A DNA stretch of 64,000 nucleotides from Octopus sinensis. Taxonomy: Eukaryota. The stretch covers positions 3,781-67,780 of the forward strand of contig NW_021831830.1 in the NCBI RefSeq assembly GCF_006345805.1, read 5' to 3'. A program made the translations under genes and the position numbers. Each line of letters begins with the position of its first letter. The stretch's first letter is position 1. Under the pieces are notes generated by a model, which made no database searches, was not told where the DNA came from, and saw only the letters and a list, made by a program, of their open reading frames with translations. Positions 26,354-41,254 of the stretch are shown piece after piece.

Positions 26354-27169
26354 ATAATTAAAGTTATATCAGACTGGAAAGAGGGCTACCTCTTTCGTAA
26401 ATATCGAAACCGCCAAGCGCCAATTCGTAATTGACTCCTTTCACACAACGCGGCACATCTACCACAACCAGCAGCAACGCCACCACAAGCCAGCACCCAC
26501 TCGCAACGCCCCTCCAACCCACCCACCGCCGCCCTTTTAAAACTTAAATACTAAACTTAATCGATCAATTTCCTCCATTTCTTTCATGTATGACAACTTC
26601 CATAGCAGAAATAAATCTCAATTAACCCTAATCGTTTATTTGCTGTCTCTCAATCTTTACAAACCCATCCAGATTGTTCGACTAATGTATCGTTAGCTTC
26701 ATACTATTCGCTTTCTCTACGATTTTAATTCTATATTTATTTTGGATTTTATTATTTGTATATATATATGTATTTTTTCATTCATTATATATGTGTTTTT
26801 CTTTATATATTTTTGGTTCAGGGAAGTTATTTCATAGTTTTTGTTTTTTTTGTGACTTCGGGTTTTTTGGGGTTTTTTTAGTTACTGATGTTTGTTTTCT
26901 CAATTTAATCTCTTTTAATCCGAAACTAATCTAAACTACATTTCCGTAGTAACAGCACGCATCTTCATATAGTTATAAGTGCAAACGCAAACACCTATGC
27001 ACGCACACACACACACACACACACAGAATTATACAAATACAATTATAAATAAACTAGTACAGATATACAAGCTTTGACGGTAAATGTGTGTGTATTGATG
27101 TATTATATATATATATATGTGTGTGTGTTTAAATATGCAAATAAACACACACCCAACCACCCATACACA

Positions 27170-27457
27170 CACACACATATATATATATACATATACATTC
27201 GTGTATATTTATAAACAGATATGTATATCAACTAGCAGTATGATTAATGCAGATATGTATGTATATATATATATGTTCATATTCATATATACACATTAAT
27301 ATACTTGTGTTTGTATGTTTGTGTGTGTGATGTACATATATAGTTTGTATATTTACACATAAATGTATAGATGTATAATATATATTTACACATACACATA
27401 CATATATATATTTGCACACTCATATGCACAATATATGTGTATGTATGTCTATATATA

Positions 27458-27488
<31 letters not shown>

Positions 27489-27874
27489 GACACATTCAAA
27501 CGTGCATACACAAAAAACACTCACACACACACACATATATATATACATATACATTCGTGTATATTTATAAACAGATATGTATATCAACTAGCAGTATGAT
27601 TAATGCAGATATGTATGTTATATATATATGTTCATATTCATATATACACATTAATATACTTGTGTTTGTATGTTTGTGTGTGTGATGTACATATATAGTT
27701 TGTATATTTACACATAAATGTATAGATGTATAATATATATTTACACATACACATACATATATATATTTGCACACTCATATGCACATATATGTGTATGTTG
27801 TCTATATATATATATATATATGTCTTCTATCAGTTATACGTTTCTGTCCATGTTGTATTTTTCTACATACCTTA

Positions 27875-27905
<31 letters not shown>

Positions 27906-27960
27906 ATATATAGACACATTCAAACGTGCATACACAAAAAACACTCACACACACACATAC
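27170..27960. repeat. Tandem duplication of low-complexity sequence, period ~356 bp
   Basis: cattcgtgtatatttataaacagatatg at 27196 and 27552. Confidence 0.85.
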
Positions 27961-28059
27961 ACACATATATGAATATATGAAACTGCTTAAAGAAAATATA
28001 AATACTTAAAAATATTCATCCACACACTTATATACATTTATACATAAACACAGACACAA

Positions 28060-28113
<54 letters not shown>

Positions 28114-29065
28114 CATATATTACGTATGCATTATGCATACACGGATAAATAAGCATACCTACAAGCAATGTGCTGTGCACATAAAGACACATTTGTAGAT
28201 AAGAAGGAAAATGCCACTAAAAATAATTATGAAAAATATCTCATAAACAATTATATACCATGTAAAACAAAACATCAAATTGTAAATATGTAACTGATAA
28301 GAATTCACCCCCCAATCCCCACACCACCACATACACACATACATTCAACTCCACCACACACACTCACCCCCACCACACACTTATGCACAGAAGAGAGCAA
28401 AAACAAACATATTCACTAAAAAACAAAATGGCGTATAAATTCAAGATTTTTCCCTCCATCTTTCACCCTCTTTCTTTCGCTCCCTCTCTTTCTTTGCTTC
28501 GTTCAATATCTAGTTTTACTTCTGTATCTATCGCATTATTTGAATCTGTTGCATAGTCAGAAAAATTAGACTTGTATTGGTATTAGTCTTCCTTAATTGA
28601 CAAATAGATTTTGTCAAATAATATTTTGATTTCAGATTTAAATTGCCATTTTCCTTAATTCCAACACTAATACCAATTGATCAAATTTGAAATATTTGAC
28701 AGATAAAAATGATAAAATGGTGGCTACAAAGATATGTGATCTGAAGATTGTTGTATTATTTTGTTTTTATTTCGCTACAGTTTTCTAGTTTTATTACTAC
28801 AAGAGTGCATATAATCGTGTTTCTGCATGGGGTAGAGTGGAATCTGTTGGTAACTATTGTTCAAAAAAGAAATCATTATTATTTTTATTTTTATTACTAC
28901 TACTACTACCACCACTACTACTACTACTAATACTTCTAATAATAATAATAATAATAATAATAACAATAATAATAGTGCTACAGCGGCTCCTGCTGCTACT
29001 GCTACCACCTCTACTGCTTCTAATATTATAATAATATTTCAATATATTTTTATCACTGTTGATAT

Positions 29066-29066
29066 A

Positions 29067-29164
<98 letters not shown>

Positions 29165-29660
29165 TTTATTCATTTAATTATTTATTATCTTCGAACGCTG
29201 GAGATGAACTAGGGTGCCAGCGGTACTAAGGTAACACACCTTATTTTTCGAGCACCTTCGGGAGTATTCGAACGGTTGCAAGCAGTGCTGTTGTCTGCAA
29301 GTACTCCACCTTTATTGCAGCCCCTATTTGTTCCATGTACATCTCAAGATTTTTACTTACTGTTCCCAGGGCTTCGACAGTTATTGGTACTGCTACCACC
29401 TTTTTCATCGACTACAACTGCTTAACTTCCCAAGCTAACCTGTCATATCCCTCGACTTTTCTTTCTTCCTTATCGCATACCTTGTTATCAGCTGGGCATG
29501 CTATATATACGATCCAGCATCATTCGCTTTCTTTCTCAGTTAAAACTAAGTCTGGTTTCCTATTTTCTATCTCATGGTCGCACTGAATCATAAAATCCTA
29601 CAGGATCTTTGCATTATCATTTTCGATGATGCCTTCGCGTTTATGTTCGTACCAATTTTT
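29066..29660 (-). mobile_element. R4/Dong-clade non-LTR retrotransposon 3' relic (restriction-like endonuclease) ending in (TAA)n
   Basis: Minus-strand translation of 29660-29241: WYEHKREGIIENDNAKIL*DFMIQCDHEIENRKPDLV...IACPADNKVCDKEERKVEGYDRLAWEVKQL*..VVAVPITVEALGTV...TALLATVRILPKVL; in-frame stops. Confidence 0.85.
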
Positions 29661-29854
29661 CCCATAAACTCAGATCCTCCATTAAATGGACATTGCGGCA
29701 CAGTTGCACATGTGTGCCATGCGTCAGATGTAACGGTCGCAGAGCAACATAAAACGAAGTGATTTTTTCTGGAAACCACTACCACCTGAATCGAAGCCAT
29801 GCAGTGTCCAAATCAATTCTATCATACACCTTTACATATGTACATATATATATA

Positions 29855-30308
29855 TTTCTTCACCACCCACAAGGGACTAGACATAGAGAGGACAAAAAAG
29901 GGGATTAAGCCGATTACATCGACCCAAGTGCGTAACTGGTACTTTATTTATCGACCCCGAAAGGATGAAAAGCAAAGTCGACCTCGGCGGAATTTGAACT
30001 CAGAACGTAACGGCAGACGAAATACCGCTAAGCATTTCGCCGGGGTGCTAACGATGCTGCCAGCTCGCCGCCTTTATATTTCTTTACTACCCACAAGGTG
30101 CTAAACACAGAGGGGACAAACAAGGTCAGACAAAGGGATTAAGTCGATTACATCGACCCCAGTGCGTAACTGGTACTTATTTAATCGACCCCGAAAGGAA
30201 GAAAGGCAAAGTCGATCTCGGCGGAATTTGAACTCAGAACGTAACGGCAGACGAAATAACGCAAAGCATTTCGCCCGGCGTGCTAATGTTTCTGCCAGCT
30301 CGCCGCCT
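29855..30308 (-). mobile_element. Two head-to-tail full copies of the array-forming SINE
   Basis: Each has the head ggcggcgagctggcag and the gtcgactttgc(c/t)tttcatcc-like domain. Confidence 0.88.
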
Positions 30309-30480
30309 TTATGTACAAATATATATACAAATATACATATGTGTACGTGCGTTTGATGTGTATATATAAATGCGTTTTCATATATGTATACATAGTTCAT
30401 AAGAACAAACAGAGAATAAATAACTGCCCGCCATTTAACGTTATTTATTTTGTCGTTAAATTCATATATGCATGTGTATA

Positions 30481-30687
30481 TACTCTTTTGTTTCAGTCAT
30501 TTGACTGTGGCCATGCTGGAGCACCAACTGTAGTCGAGAATATCGATCCCCAGGACTGATTCTTTGTAAGCCTAGTACTTATTCTATCGGTCTCTTTTGC
30601 CGAAGCGCTAAGTTACGGGGATGTAAACGCACCTGCATCTGTTGTTAAGCGATGTTGGGGGGGACAAACACAGACACCCAGACATAT

Positions 30688-30718
<31 letters not shown>

Positions 30719-30889
30719 CATATATACGACGGGCTTCTTTCAGTTTCCGACTACCAAATCCACTCACAAGGCTTTGGTCGGCCCGAGAATATAGTAGAAG
30801 ACACTTGCACAAAGTGCCATGCAGTGGGACTGAACCCGGAACAATGTGGTTGGTAAGCAAGCTACTTACCACCCAGCCACTCCTACGCC
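30481..30889 (-). mobile_element. Full-length major SINE
   Basis: Collinear with 24753-25137. Confidence 0.9.
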
Positions 30890-31299
30890 TATATATGAAT
30901 GTATGTATATAAATGTGTGAACGCGTGTGAGAGCACGCGTGTATATACATTGTATATACAAACCAATGCATAAAACGTTCACCCTTTCTTTTTCACTTCT
31001 ATTTTTCTGCATATATCAGTATTCATGTATGTATATATGTATGTGTGTGTGCGTCTATGTGTTTGTATGTGCGTTTGTCTGCGTGTGTGTTTGGGTATAT
31101 ATAATCTTTATACATCCCGGTATATTTATTTATGCATATATTCTTTCATTTGGCTCTCCTTGAGCTGCGCCCTGCCTGAATCTAGTTTGTTGTAGGAATA
31201 ATTTCTCTGCGTGCAACCGCATACGTATCACCTGACCTACCATCAAACGAACCATTTGCCAACAAGGAAACAAGCGATCAATACGAGGCCAATATCAAA

Positions 31300-31545
31300 G
31301 ACGTTGAGCTGGCAAAAGTGTTAGCACGCCCGGCGACATGCTTAGCGGTATCTTGTCTGCCGTTACGTTCTGAGTTCAAATTCCGCCGAGGCCGACTTTG
31401 CCTTTCATCCTTTCGGGGTCGATAAATTAAGTACCAGTTACGCACTGGGGTCGATATAATCAACTTAATCCGTTTGCAAGTCCTTGTTTGTCCTCTCTGT
31501 GTTTAGCTCCTTGTGGGTAGTAAAGAAACAGGTATTTCATCTGCT
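31300..31545 (+). mobile_element. Monomer of the array-forming SINE, followed by an aborted restart (ggtatttcatctg)
   Basis: Homologous to 3163-3410. Confidence 0.88.
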
Positions 31546-31896
31546 GTTGAGTTCTTGACAGCCTGTATACTAGAAATAGACGTCAAAATGAAAATATACG
31601 AAATAAAAAACGTTTTTCATTTCGTATATTTTCATTTGTCTAGCTTATTTTTACGCTTTGGTTTTTTGCTGAATTTTTTCTTGAGAACACATTCTCCGTG
31701 GAAAATGGTGATTTCGAAATCTATGTTTAGCATACAGGCTGTCCACTTTTAGTGGTCAATCCTCTACATTTTGTATGTAAATCATTTTTTAATCTTCGGA
31801 TTTTTTAAATATGCTAGGCAACTGGTTTAATTGATCAATATCAATTTCTACCCTTATTTAATTTTATATACATATATATATATATATATAATATAT

Positions 31897-31927
<31 letters not shown>

Positions 31928-31932
31928 TATAT

Positions 31933-31966
<34 letters not shown>

Positions 31967-32640
31967 CTATATATATATATATATATATATATTATATGCA
32001 AACTCCTCGTTGATCAAACTTCCTTTTTCTACCTCATTCTTCATGGATGGACTAACACAAATATATAAGGATACATGCATTCATCACTTCAAGCTAAAAC
32101 TTATATTCTTTAAATATCATTTTTACTATTGTTGTTATTACTATCATTTTTATTATATATGATATAACAATCTGAAATGTAATTGTCTATGCAAATTTAT
32201 ATAATTAGAAAATAATATAAATAAAGTGTTAAAATCTGAAAGTTAAATTAACAAACAATTATATAAAAAAGATAATGCAAATGAAACTAAAATGAAAATT
32301 TTATAATTTGGGGTTTATTAGCAGCCTTTATTGAAGAACTCAAAAGACTTGTCTCCCCTTATTCACAACACAGGAACTGAAGAACCACAATTACTACTAC
32401 TTCCTGTTTTGCCAACATCCTAAATTAAACCAAACAACAGATGGTCTTAATCCCATTGGATCCTAATACCTCAAGGTAATTTTTTCGTGAACAATCATTA
32501 AACTCAAGATACACAACGAACTCACAATGTATCGGAGTACTTATTTTTTAATTTTTATACATATCTATTATTATTCTTTTGCAAAAAACAATGCAACTTT
32601 TTTTCCCCTTTCTCATTTTTAAAAAACTTTTTTACCTAAC

Positions 32641-32682
32641 TATTCTTGATAAGTCACACTATGACGAAAACCGGTTTGAATA
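32641..32682 (+). ncRNA. Minimal type I hammerhead motif with mutated core
   Basis: tattc-tTGATaA-gtca(cacta)tgac-GAAA-accggt-tt-gaata. Confidence 0.55.
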
Positions 32683-32826
32683 AATATATATTTATATATT
32701 TTATCAATTTCTCATTTCATTAAAATTTTCTTTCAATTTAGCATTCTGCATTTTTACAAGTTTTCCTTGCTTATCATTTCTCCACGTGCGGTCAACACAA
32801 CCCCACCATTTATTGATCTATATATA

Positions 32827-32860
<34 letters not shown>

Positions 32861-32864
<4 letters not shown>

Positions 32865-33018
32865 GAGAATTCATGAAAAAAACAAAAGACGAAGACAGGT
32901 GGTGTTTAAAGCAAACAGATGTATTAGTATAACGCTCAGGAATTGAAAACATCTTTTACGTTTCGAGCCTACGCTCTTCCACAGAAAGGGATACAGAAAG
33001 AAACAATGAGAGAAAAGA
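32861..33018 (-). mobile_element. Short TA-embedded element with a hammerhead-like motif (32953-32988)
   Basis: cttt-CTGTGGA-a-gagc(gtag)gctc-GAAA-cg-TA-aaag; same family as 53140-53326. Confidence 0.7.
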
Positions 33019-33031
33019 TATATATATATAT

Positions 33032-33171
<140 letters not shown>

Positions 33172-33584
33172 GTACATACATACATATTCAAATTGGCACC
33201 AGCAAACCTGGCATCAGTCTAACTGTTCCTACAGAAATATATTCTACACTATGCCAACTGCCGAAATCCTCAATTTTCTACCATGTGTTGCATTCAATGA
33301 AAGAAACGACTTCACTGAAAGTAAAACAATCAGATAAGTTGAACAGATGAGCAGGGGTCTAAATACTTTCACCTTCTAAATTTCTATAAAATTCACTTCC
33401 CGTCTGACCCCCGAGCATTTCATGTGGTGGAAATAGAAAGAGTTTTGAAGCTGAGTCATTCCGCTTTCAGACATTTACACCTCAAAGTAAATGTGTTGAG
33501 CTGTTCATCCTTTCATCTTTTCATCCACATCTGTGTGTATATATGTGTATACTTGTATGTACACCCACATATATATATATATAA

Positions 33585-33620
<36 letters not shown>

Positions 33621-34599
33621 GTATATATATGTATGTACATGTGTGTATGTGTGCGTTTGCGCGCGCGTTTGTATGTATGTAAATTAATGTTTGCCTTTAT
33701 GGTACAAGAAAAATAGGTTTCCATTAAATTGAAGTCTTGCTCATCAAATTGAAGCATTTGGTAATGTACAAATTTATTCTTCTTTAACAAAAATAATTTT
33801 GAGAGTGACTTCGAAGTTCCTCTTGGCCGTATATAGTTTCTTATAAGCTGAAAATTCCTAGAACAGGTTGTATATTAGTTTGTGGTGGCAAGATGGTATG
33901 TCGAAAATTAATTGATTAAATTTGGGTGAGTGTTTATGGTTAGAACTTACTTCTGCTTGTATAGCTTTGTAATTAGGCGTGTATGTTTAAATGCGTCATC
34001 TTTAGGTCAACGTGTATATTTGCATTTATACGCAAGAGGTTTATCTACAGATTTACTCAGCCGACTTCCATACACGTAACCAGATTATCCAAAGTGCTAA
34101 CCCCGTAACTTCACAGCTTTGCTGGAATGTGTATGTGAGCGTGTTTGTGTGTGTGTGTCTTTATTCACGTTTACAGCGATTTTTTAAAAGATTTTAAAAA
34201 TATTATTTCCTCTTAACTATATGACCTTTGACATCTTATTCTCCAGACTCTTGGTACTTCTCCAATATCTTACTGTCATTCTGTAATCCTAATATACTTA
34301 TCTTTCAACCCCAGTAAACATTCCATCTCTTTCCGAAGAAAAGTCCTGTTCGAATCCTTAAATCTCACTTCTTCCTGACGGTATAAGATTTCTTCCGCTG
34401 TTTGATTTAAACTTTACACTTTACCGACAAAGAAGACGATTGGATTCTCTTTACCAGCATGCCGGGTTTAATCCAATTGCAGATCAGCTATCATAAATAG
34501 GATACTATTCTTGTACACTTGTACAGTATCGTCCATGGACGCTGGGAGGAGTGATTGAATAATTTACGAAACGTCTAACCTTACGATTCCCGAATCTGA

Positions 34600-34740
34600 T
34601 TCAAAAAGCGCCATTGATTTTAGTGTCGACCATTTAATCGCATTAAATCTGTCCATTTCTCCATTTTGAAGTGAATAACTATAATACAAGACTTCCTACT
34701 TGAAATATTTCGTGAGAGATATTCCTCGAGCTTTCTCAGT
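34600..34740 (-). pseudogene. Possible LTR-retrotransposon integrase relic
   Basis: Minus-strand YSLQNGEMDRFNAIKWSTLK resembles the Y.PQ.NG..ER.N integrase motif; heavily decayed. Confidence 0.3.
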
Positions 34741-37700
34741 GTAAAGACGGATTTTCTCTTTCAGTACCAACAATGATTCCAGCCAAAAATGGAAATCAAA
34801 GTTATCAAGATAGTAACTTCATCATCAGTCATATTCAACTTCATCAGTCATATGCATTTTATTCTTATACATTATTCTTATAAATTTTATACATTTATTC
34901 ATTTAGTCATATACATTTTATTCATCAGTGATATTCAACTTCATCAGTCATATACATTTTATTCTTATGCATTATTCTTATAAATTTTATACATTTATTC
35001 ATTTAGTCACATACATCTTATTCATCAGTCATATTCAACTTCATCAGTCATATACATTTTATTCTTATACATTATTCTCATAAATTTTATACATTTAATC
35101 ATTTAGTCATATACATCTTATTCATCAGTCATATTCAACTTCATCAGTCATATACATTTTATTCTTATACATTATTCTTATAAATTTTATACATTTATTC
35201 ATTTAGTCATATACATTTTATTTTAGCGGTTCAGCAAAAGAGTCCGAAAGAATAAGTACTAGGCTTACAAAGAATAAGTCCTGGGGTCGATTTGCTCGAC
35301 TAAAGGCTGTGCTCTAGCTTGGCCACAGTCAAATAACTGAAACAAGTAAAAGAGTAAAAGTGTTTGACCAACTCGCTGCAAAAAGCCTACAATACATGAC
35401 GAATACGACCGCAACAACAACAACAGCGATCATCATGTACGAAGTGAAACCATTCCTCTACTGACACCTCAAATTTTGTGGAACCAGTGCCTTTTCAACG
35501 GAAAGATAATGGAATCAATGCACCTGAGGTGAAGTCAAGAATGCTACAAGACAAGCACTTTGATAAAGTTTATGAGAAATTACCAAATAAGACGCATCAC
35601 ATAAACAAATAAATGTGTGATTTTTTCATCGTCTATTAGGTGAAGTGTCCCATTTTGTAGTTTTCTTGAAAATATTAAACGATTCGCGAGCGAAAGCATT
35701 AATCTGGAAATTGCTGTTAATAATTAGATGAGAGCCGTCAGAGAAATCGGAAATCCATTTTTCATCGTATACAAACGATCTATGGGGCTACATAATAGCA
35801 GTCATTGAAACCGGAAGACGCAGTTGCAAATGATTGTAATCTGTCTTAATTTGATACATCGTTGCCTGGCTTCCTGAGTTAATTGTCGGCATTTTCACAA
35901 TACATTTTGGATTATTGAAAAGCGTCTCCATTTTCTTTACACAGTCATAAAAGCAAACACGTCCTCGTTAGAGTCGCATTCATCTTGGTTTCTCCTGGCT
36001 ACACTAGCATTTTCAAGACAAGGAAATACATCTTTAACTAGCAGTATCGCCCGGCGTTGCTCGGGTTTGTAAGGGAAATAACTACATAAGCATTTTTAGA
36101 GATGTAAAGTATAATAGCCATCTCATTATGGCTAACAACAAAAGGGGGGTGTTACTGTAGCTTTTTACGTTCTGAGATTTAATAATAAATCTTTAGAGAG
36201 TTACTTCACTTATATATGCCAAAAATGCATTAAAAATGCGAAAAATTGATGGTAATTTTTTTTTTAATCGTAGACTCATCGTAGTCTCATCGTAGACGCG
36301 CGCTAATACCCAGAAGGGCTCAATATGAATCACGACTATAAGATACCCGGTTTATATACATTTTATTCATCAGTCATATTCAACTTCATCAGTCATATAC
36401 ATTTTATTCTTATACATTATTCTTATAAATGTTATACATTTATTCATTTAGTCACATACATCTTATTCATCAGTCATATTCAACTTCATCAGACATATAC
36501 ATTTTATCTTATACATTATTCTCATAAATTTTATACATTTAATCATTTAGTCATATACATCTTATTCATCAGTCATATTCAACTTCATCAGTCATATACA
36601 TTTTATTCTTATACATTATTCTTATAAATTTTATACATTTATTCATTTAGTCATATACATTTTATTTTAGCGGTTCAGCAAAAGAGTCCGAAAGAATAAG
36701 TACTAGGCTACAAAGAATAAGTCCTGGGGTCGATTTGCTCGACTAAAGGCTGTGCTCTAGCTTGGCCACAGTCAAATAACTGAAACAAGTAAAAGAGTAA
36801 AAGTGTTTGACCAACTCGCTGCAAAAAGCCTACAATACATGACGAATACGACCGCAACAACAACAACAGCGATCATCATGTACGAAGTGAAACCATGCCT
36901 CTACTGACACCTCAAATTTTGTGGAACCAGAGCCTTTTCAACGGAAAGATAATGGAATCAATGCACCTGAGGTGAAGTCAAGAATGCTACAAGACAAGCA
37001 CTTTGATAAAGTTTATGAGAAATTACCAAATAAGACGCATCACATAAACAAATAAATGTGTGATTTTTTCATCGTCTATTAGGTGAAGTGTCCCATTTTG
37101 TAGTTTTCTTGAAAATATTAAACGATTCGCGAGCGAAAGCATTAATCTGGAAATTGCTGTTAATAATTAGATGAGAGCCGTCAGAGAAATCGGAAATCCA
37201 TTTTTCATCGTATACAAACGATCTATGGGGCTACATAATAGCAGTCATTGAAACCGGAAGACGCAGTTGCAAATGATTGTAATCTGTCTTAATTTGATAC
37301 ATCGTTGCCTGGCTTCCTGAGTTAATTGTCGGCATTTTCACAATACATTTTGGATTATTGAAAAGCGTCTCCATTTTCTTTACACAGTCATAAAAGCAAA
37401 CACGTCCTCGTTAGAGTCGCATTCATCTTGGTTTCTCCTGGCTACACTAGCATTTTCAAGACAAGGAAATACATCTTTAACTAGCAGTATCGCCCGGCGT
37501 TGCTCGGGTTTGTAAGGGAAATAACTACATAAGCATTTTTAGAGATGTAAAGTATAATAGCCATCTCATTATGGCTAACAACAAAAGGGGGGTGTTACTG
37601 TAGCTTTTTACGTTCTGAGATTTAATAATAAATCTTTAGAGAGTTACTTCACTTATATATGCCAAAAATGCATTAAAAATGCGAAAAATTGATGGTAATT

Positions 37701-37794
37701 TTTTTTTTAATCGTAGACTCATCGTAGTCTCATCGTAGACGCGCGCTAATACCCAGAAGGGCTCAATATGAATCACGACTATAAGATACCCGGT

Positions 37795-38606
37795 TTATAT
37801 ACATTTTATTCATCAGTCATATTCAACTTCATCAGTCATATACATTTTATTCTTATACATTATTCTTATAAATGTTATACATTTATTCATTTAGTCACAT
37901 ACATCTTATTCATCAGTCATATTCAACTTCATCAGACATATACATTTTATTCTTATACATTATTCTTATAAATTTTATACATTTAATCATTTAGTCACAT
38001 ACATCTTATTCATCAGTCATATTCAACTTCATCAGTCATATACATTTTATTCTTATACATTATTCTCATAAATTTTATACATTTATTCATTTAGTCATAC
38101 ATTTTATTCATCAGTCATATTCAACTTCATCAGTCATATACATTTTATTCTTATACATTATTCTTATAAATTTTATACATTTATTCATTTAGTCATATAC
38201 ATTTTATTCATCAGTGATATTCAACTTCATCAGTCATATACATTTTATTCTTATACATTATTCTTATAAATTTTATACATTTATTCATTTAGTCACATAC
38301 ATCTTATTCATCAGTCATATTCAACTTCATCAGTCATATACATTTTATTCTTATACATTATTCTTATAAATTTTATACATTTATTCATTTAGTCATATAC
38401 ATTTTATTCATCAGTCATATTCAACTTGATCAGTCATATACATTTTATTCTTATACATTATTCTTATAAATTTTATACATTTATTCATTTAGTCATATAC
38501 ATTTTATTCATCAGTCATATTCAACTTCATCAGTCATATACATTTTATTCTTATACATTATTCTTATAAATTTTATACATTTATTCATTTAGTCATATAC
38601 ATTTTA
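37795..38606. repeat. 100-bp minisatellite (~8 units; further blocks at 34817-35220 and 36351-36665)
   Basis: at(t/c)ttattcatcagt recurs at 38101, 38201, 38301, 38401 and 38501. Confidence 0.95.
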
Positions 38607-39423
38607 TTTTAGCGGTTCAGCAAAAGAGTCCGAAAGAATAAGTACTAGGCTTACAAAGAATAAGTCCTGGGGTCGATTTGCTCGACTAAAGGCTGTGCTC
38701 TAGCATGGCCACAGTCAAATAACTGAAACAAGTAAAAGAGTAAAAGTGTTTGACCAACTCGCTGCAAAAAGCCTACAATACATGACGAATACGACCGCAA
38801 CAACAACAACAGCGATCATCATGTACGAAGTGAAACCATGCCTCTACTGACACCTCAAATTTTGTGGAACCAGAGCCTTTTCAACGGAAAGATAATGGAA
38901 TCAATGCACCTGAGGTGAAGTCAAGAATGCTACAAGACAAGCACTTTGATAAAGTTTATGAGAAATTACCAAATAAGACGCATCACATAAACAAATAAAT
39001 GTGTGATTTTTTCATCGTCTATTAGGTGAAGTGTCCCATTTTGTAGTTTTCTTGAAAATATTAAACGATTCGCGAGCGAAAGCATTAATCTGGAAATTGC
39101 TGTTAATAATTAGATGAGAGCCGTCAGAGAAATCGGAAATCCATTTTTCATCGTATACAAACGATCTATGGGGCTACATAATAGCAGTCATTGAAACCGG
39201 AAGACGCAGTTGCAAATGATTGTAATCTGTCTTAATTTGATACATCGTTGCCTGGCTTCCTGAGTTAATTGTCGGCATTTTCACAATACATTTTGGATTA
39301 TTGAAAAGCGTCTCCATTTTCTTTACACAGTCATAAAAGCAAACACGTCCTCATTAGAGTCGCATTCATCTTGGTTTCTCCTGGCTACACTAGCATTTTC
39401 AAGACAAGGAAATACATCTTTAA

Positions 39424-39823
39424 CTAGCAGTATCGCCCGGCGTTGCTCGGGTTTGTAAGGGAAATAACTACATAAGCATTTTTAGAGATGTAAAGTATAA
39501 TAGCCATCTCATTATGGCTAACAACAAAAGGGGGGTGTTACTGTAGCTTTTTACGTTCTGAGATTTAATAATAAATCTTTAGAGAGTTACTTCACTTATA
39601 TATGCCAAAAATGCATTAAAAATGCGAAATATTGATAGTAATTTTTTTTTATCGTAGACTCATCGTAGACTCATCGTAGACGCGCGCTAATACCCAGAAG
39701 GGCTCAATATGAATCACGACTATAAGATACCCGGTTTTGGTTAAACTGCACCGTAAAATGTGGGAGTAGTTAGGAATCTAAATCGTAGGAGACAGACACA
39801 CAACTTCACTTTTATATATAAAT
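39424..39823 (-). mobile_element. Non-autonomous Helitron (truncated duplicates at 36038-36352 and 37481-37795)
   Basis: CTAG 3' end with a subterminal GC hairpin; 5' end tttatatataaaagtgaagttgtgtgtctgtc. Confidence 0.8.
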
Positions 39824-40034
39824 AGGTATCATTTTCGGCTACAATTGCATCAACAGTATTCTGGCAATATGAAATTCCCTTTGCTGGTCTGAACGATATT
39901 TTTCGCAGCGAACAGAGGCGTCCATTGGCCTCAAACTCTATATTTTCTTTTCGATGTCGGCAAACTTAATTTCTCGTACAGCCTAACAAATCAAGCGCAG
40001 ACGTACTGATAATGTCGTTTATTTTTATAGTAGA

Positions 40035-40433
40035 CTGCAGTATTGCCCGGCGTTGCTCGGGTTTGTAAGGGAAATAAATATGTAAGTATTTTTAGAGAGT
40101 TATAGCCAAAAAATAGCCAAAAAAATGCATTAAAAATGGAAAAAAAAATTATGGTAATTTTTTTTTTAAATCGTTGACTCATCGTAGACATTTTTAGAGA
40201 GTTACTTCCCTTATATAATAGCGAAAAAATGCATTAAACTGGCAAAAAATTATGGTAAATTATTTTTAAAATCGTAGACTCATCGTAGACCCGCGCTAAT
40301 ACCCAGAAGGGCTCGATATGAATCACGACTATAAGATACCCGCTTTTGGTTACACTGCACCGCAAAATGTGGGAGTAGTTAGGAATCTAAATCGTAGGAG
40401 ACAGACACACAACTTGACTTTTATATATAAAGA
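40035..40433 (-). mobile_element. Non-autonomous Helitron with internal duplication
   Basis: Minus strand starts TCtttatatataaaagtcaagttg; same 3' hairpin. Confidence 0.8.
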
Positions 40434-40877
40434 TTTGATAACTTGTTGTGTATATACGCCGATAATGTCGGATTAATCAAAACGCAGTTAATTGTTATGG
40501 CGGCTGAGATCATTTTTCACAACGATTAATTAGGCGTGTCACACTTAAAATAAATTCAATAATTTGTTCTTGTATTAACCTGGAAAATTTATCATCGATA
40601 AGAAGATCAGTATAATTAAATGGAGATTGTTTTGTGGCAAACGTTTGTAGAAGCAGGAGCAAAAATATAGCTGGCTCTTTAATGCTGGCCGAAACACTGA
40701 TACATTTTAGCTGAATGTTTATTGCCAAGTGTGTAGTAAACCTCTGAATTGGTTGGAAATAATAGATTCTCTCTGAAGCATAAATTTATGGTCAAGAACA
40801 AGAAAGGTGCAAAGCTTTTTGTCTCACACTAATTCGTGTTATTATGTATGATGCAAAGATATCTATTTCAATCGTAT

Positions 40878-41198
40878 AGAGGAGACCCCCTTCGGTCATG
40901 AATGACCATTGGATTGCCCCTAGGAAGTTACCCTCCGAGGCAGAAGTCCGGGCATGGTTGTTTGTGGAAGGCCAGCAGTCGGCCATGCATACCGGCCTCT
41001 CTTCTCCATGTCACTGATGTTATCCAAGGGAAAGTCAAAGGGGCCGATACAGCTTGGCATTGCTACAGCTGAGTTAACTGGAGCAACGTGAAATAAAGTA
41101 TCTTGATCAAGAACACAACACACAGCCCGGTCCGGGAATCGAACTCATAACCTCACGATCGTAAGCTCGACACTCTGACCACTGAGCCACGAGCCTTC
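40878..41198 (-). mobile_element. CORE-type SINE (family of 8934-9260)
   Basis: Collinear homology. Confidence 0.85.
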
Positions 41199-41254
41199 AA
41201 TCGTAGAATGGCTTCAAATTTTGGCACAAGGCTAGCAAACTGGGTGAGTGGAGA

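Larger units (their letters stand above)
34817..39823. repeat. Threefold tandem duplication: 100-bp minisatellite + SINE tail + unique ~680 bp + Helitron part
   Basis: ttttagcggttcagcaaaag at 35221, 36665 and 38607; copies near identical. Confidence 0.95.
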
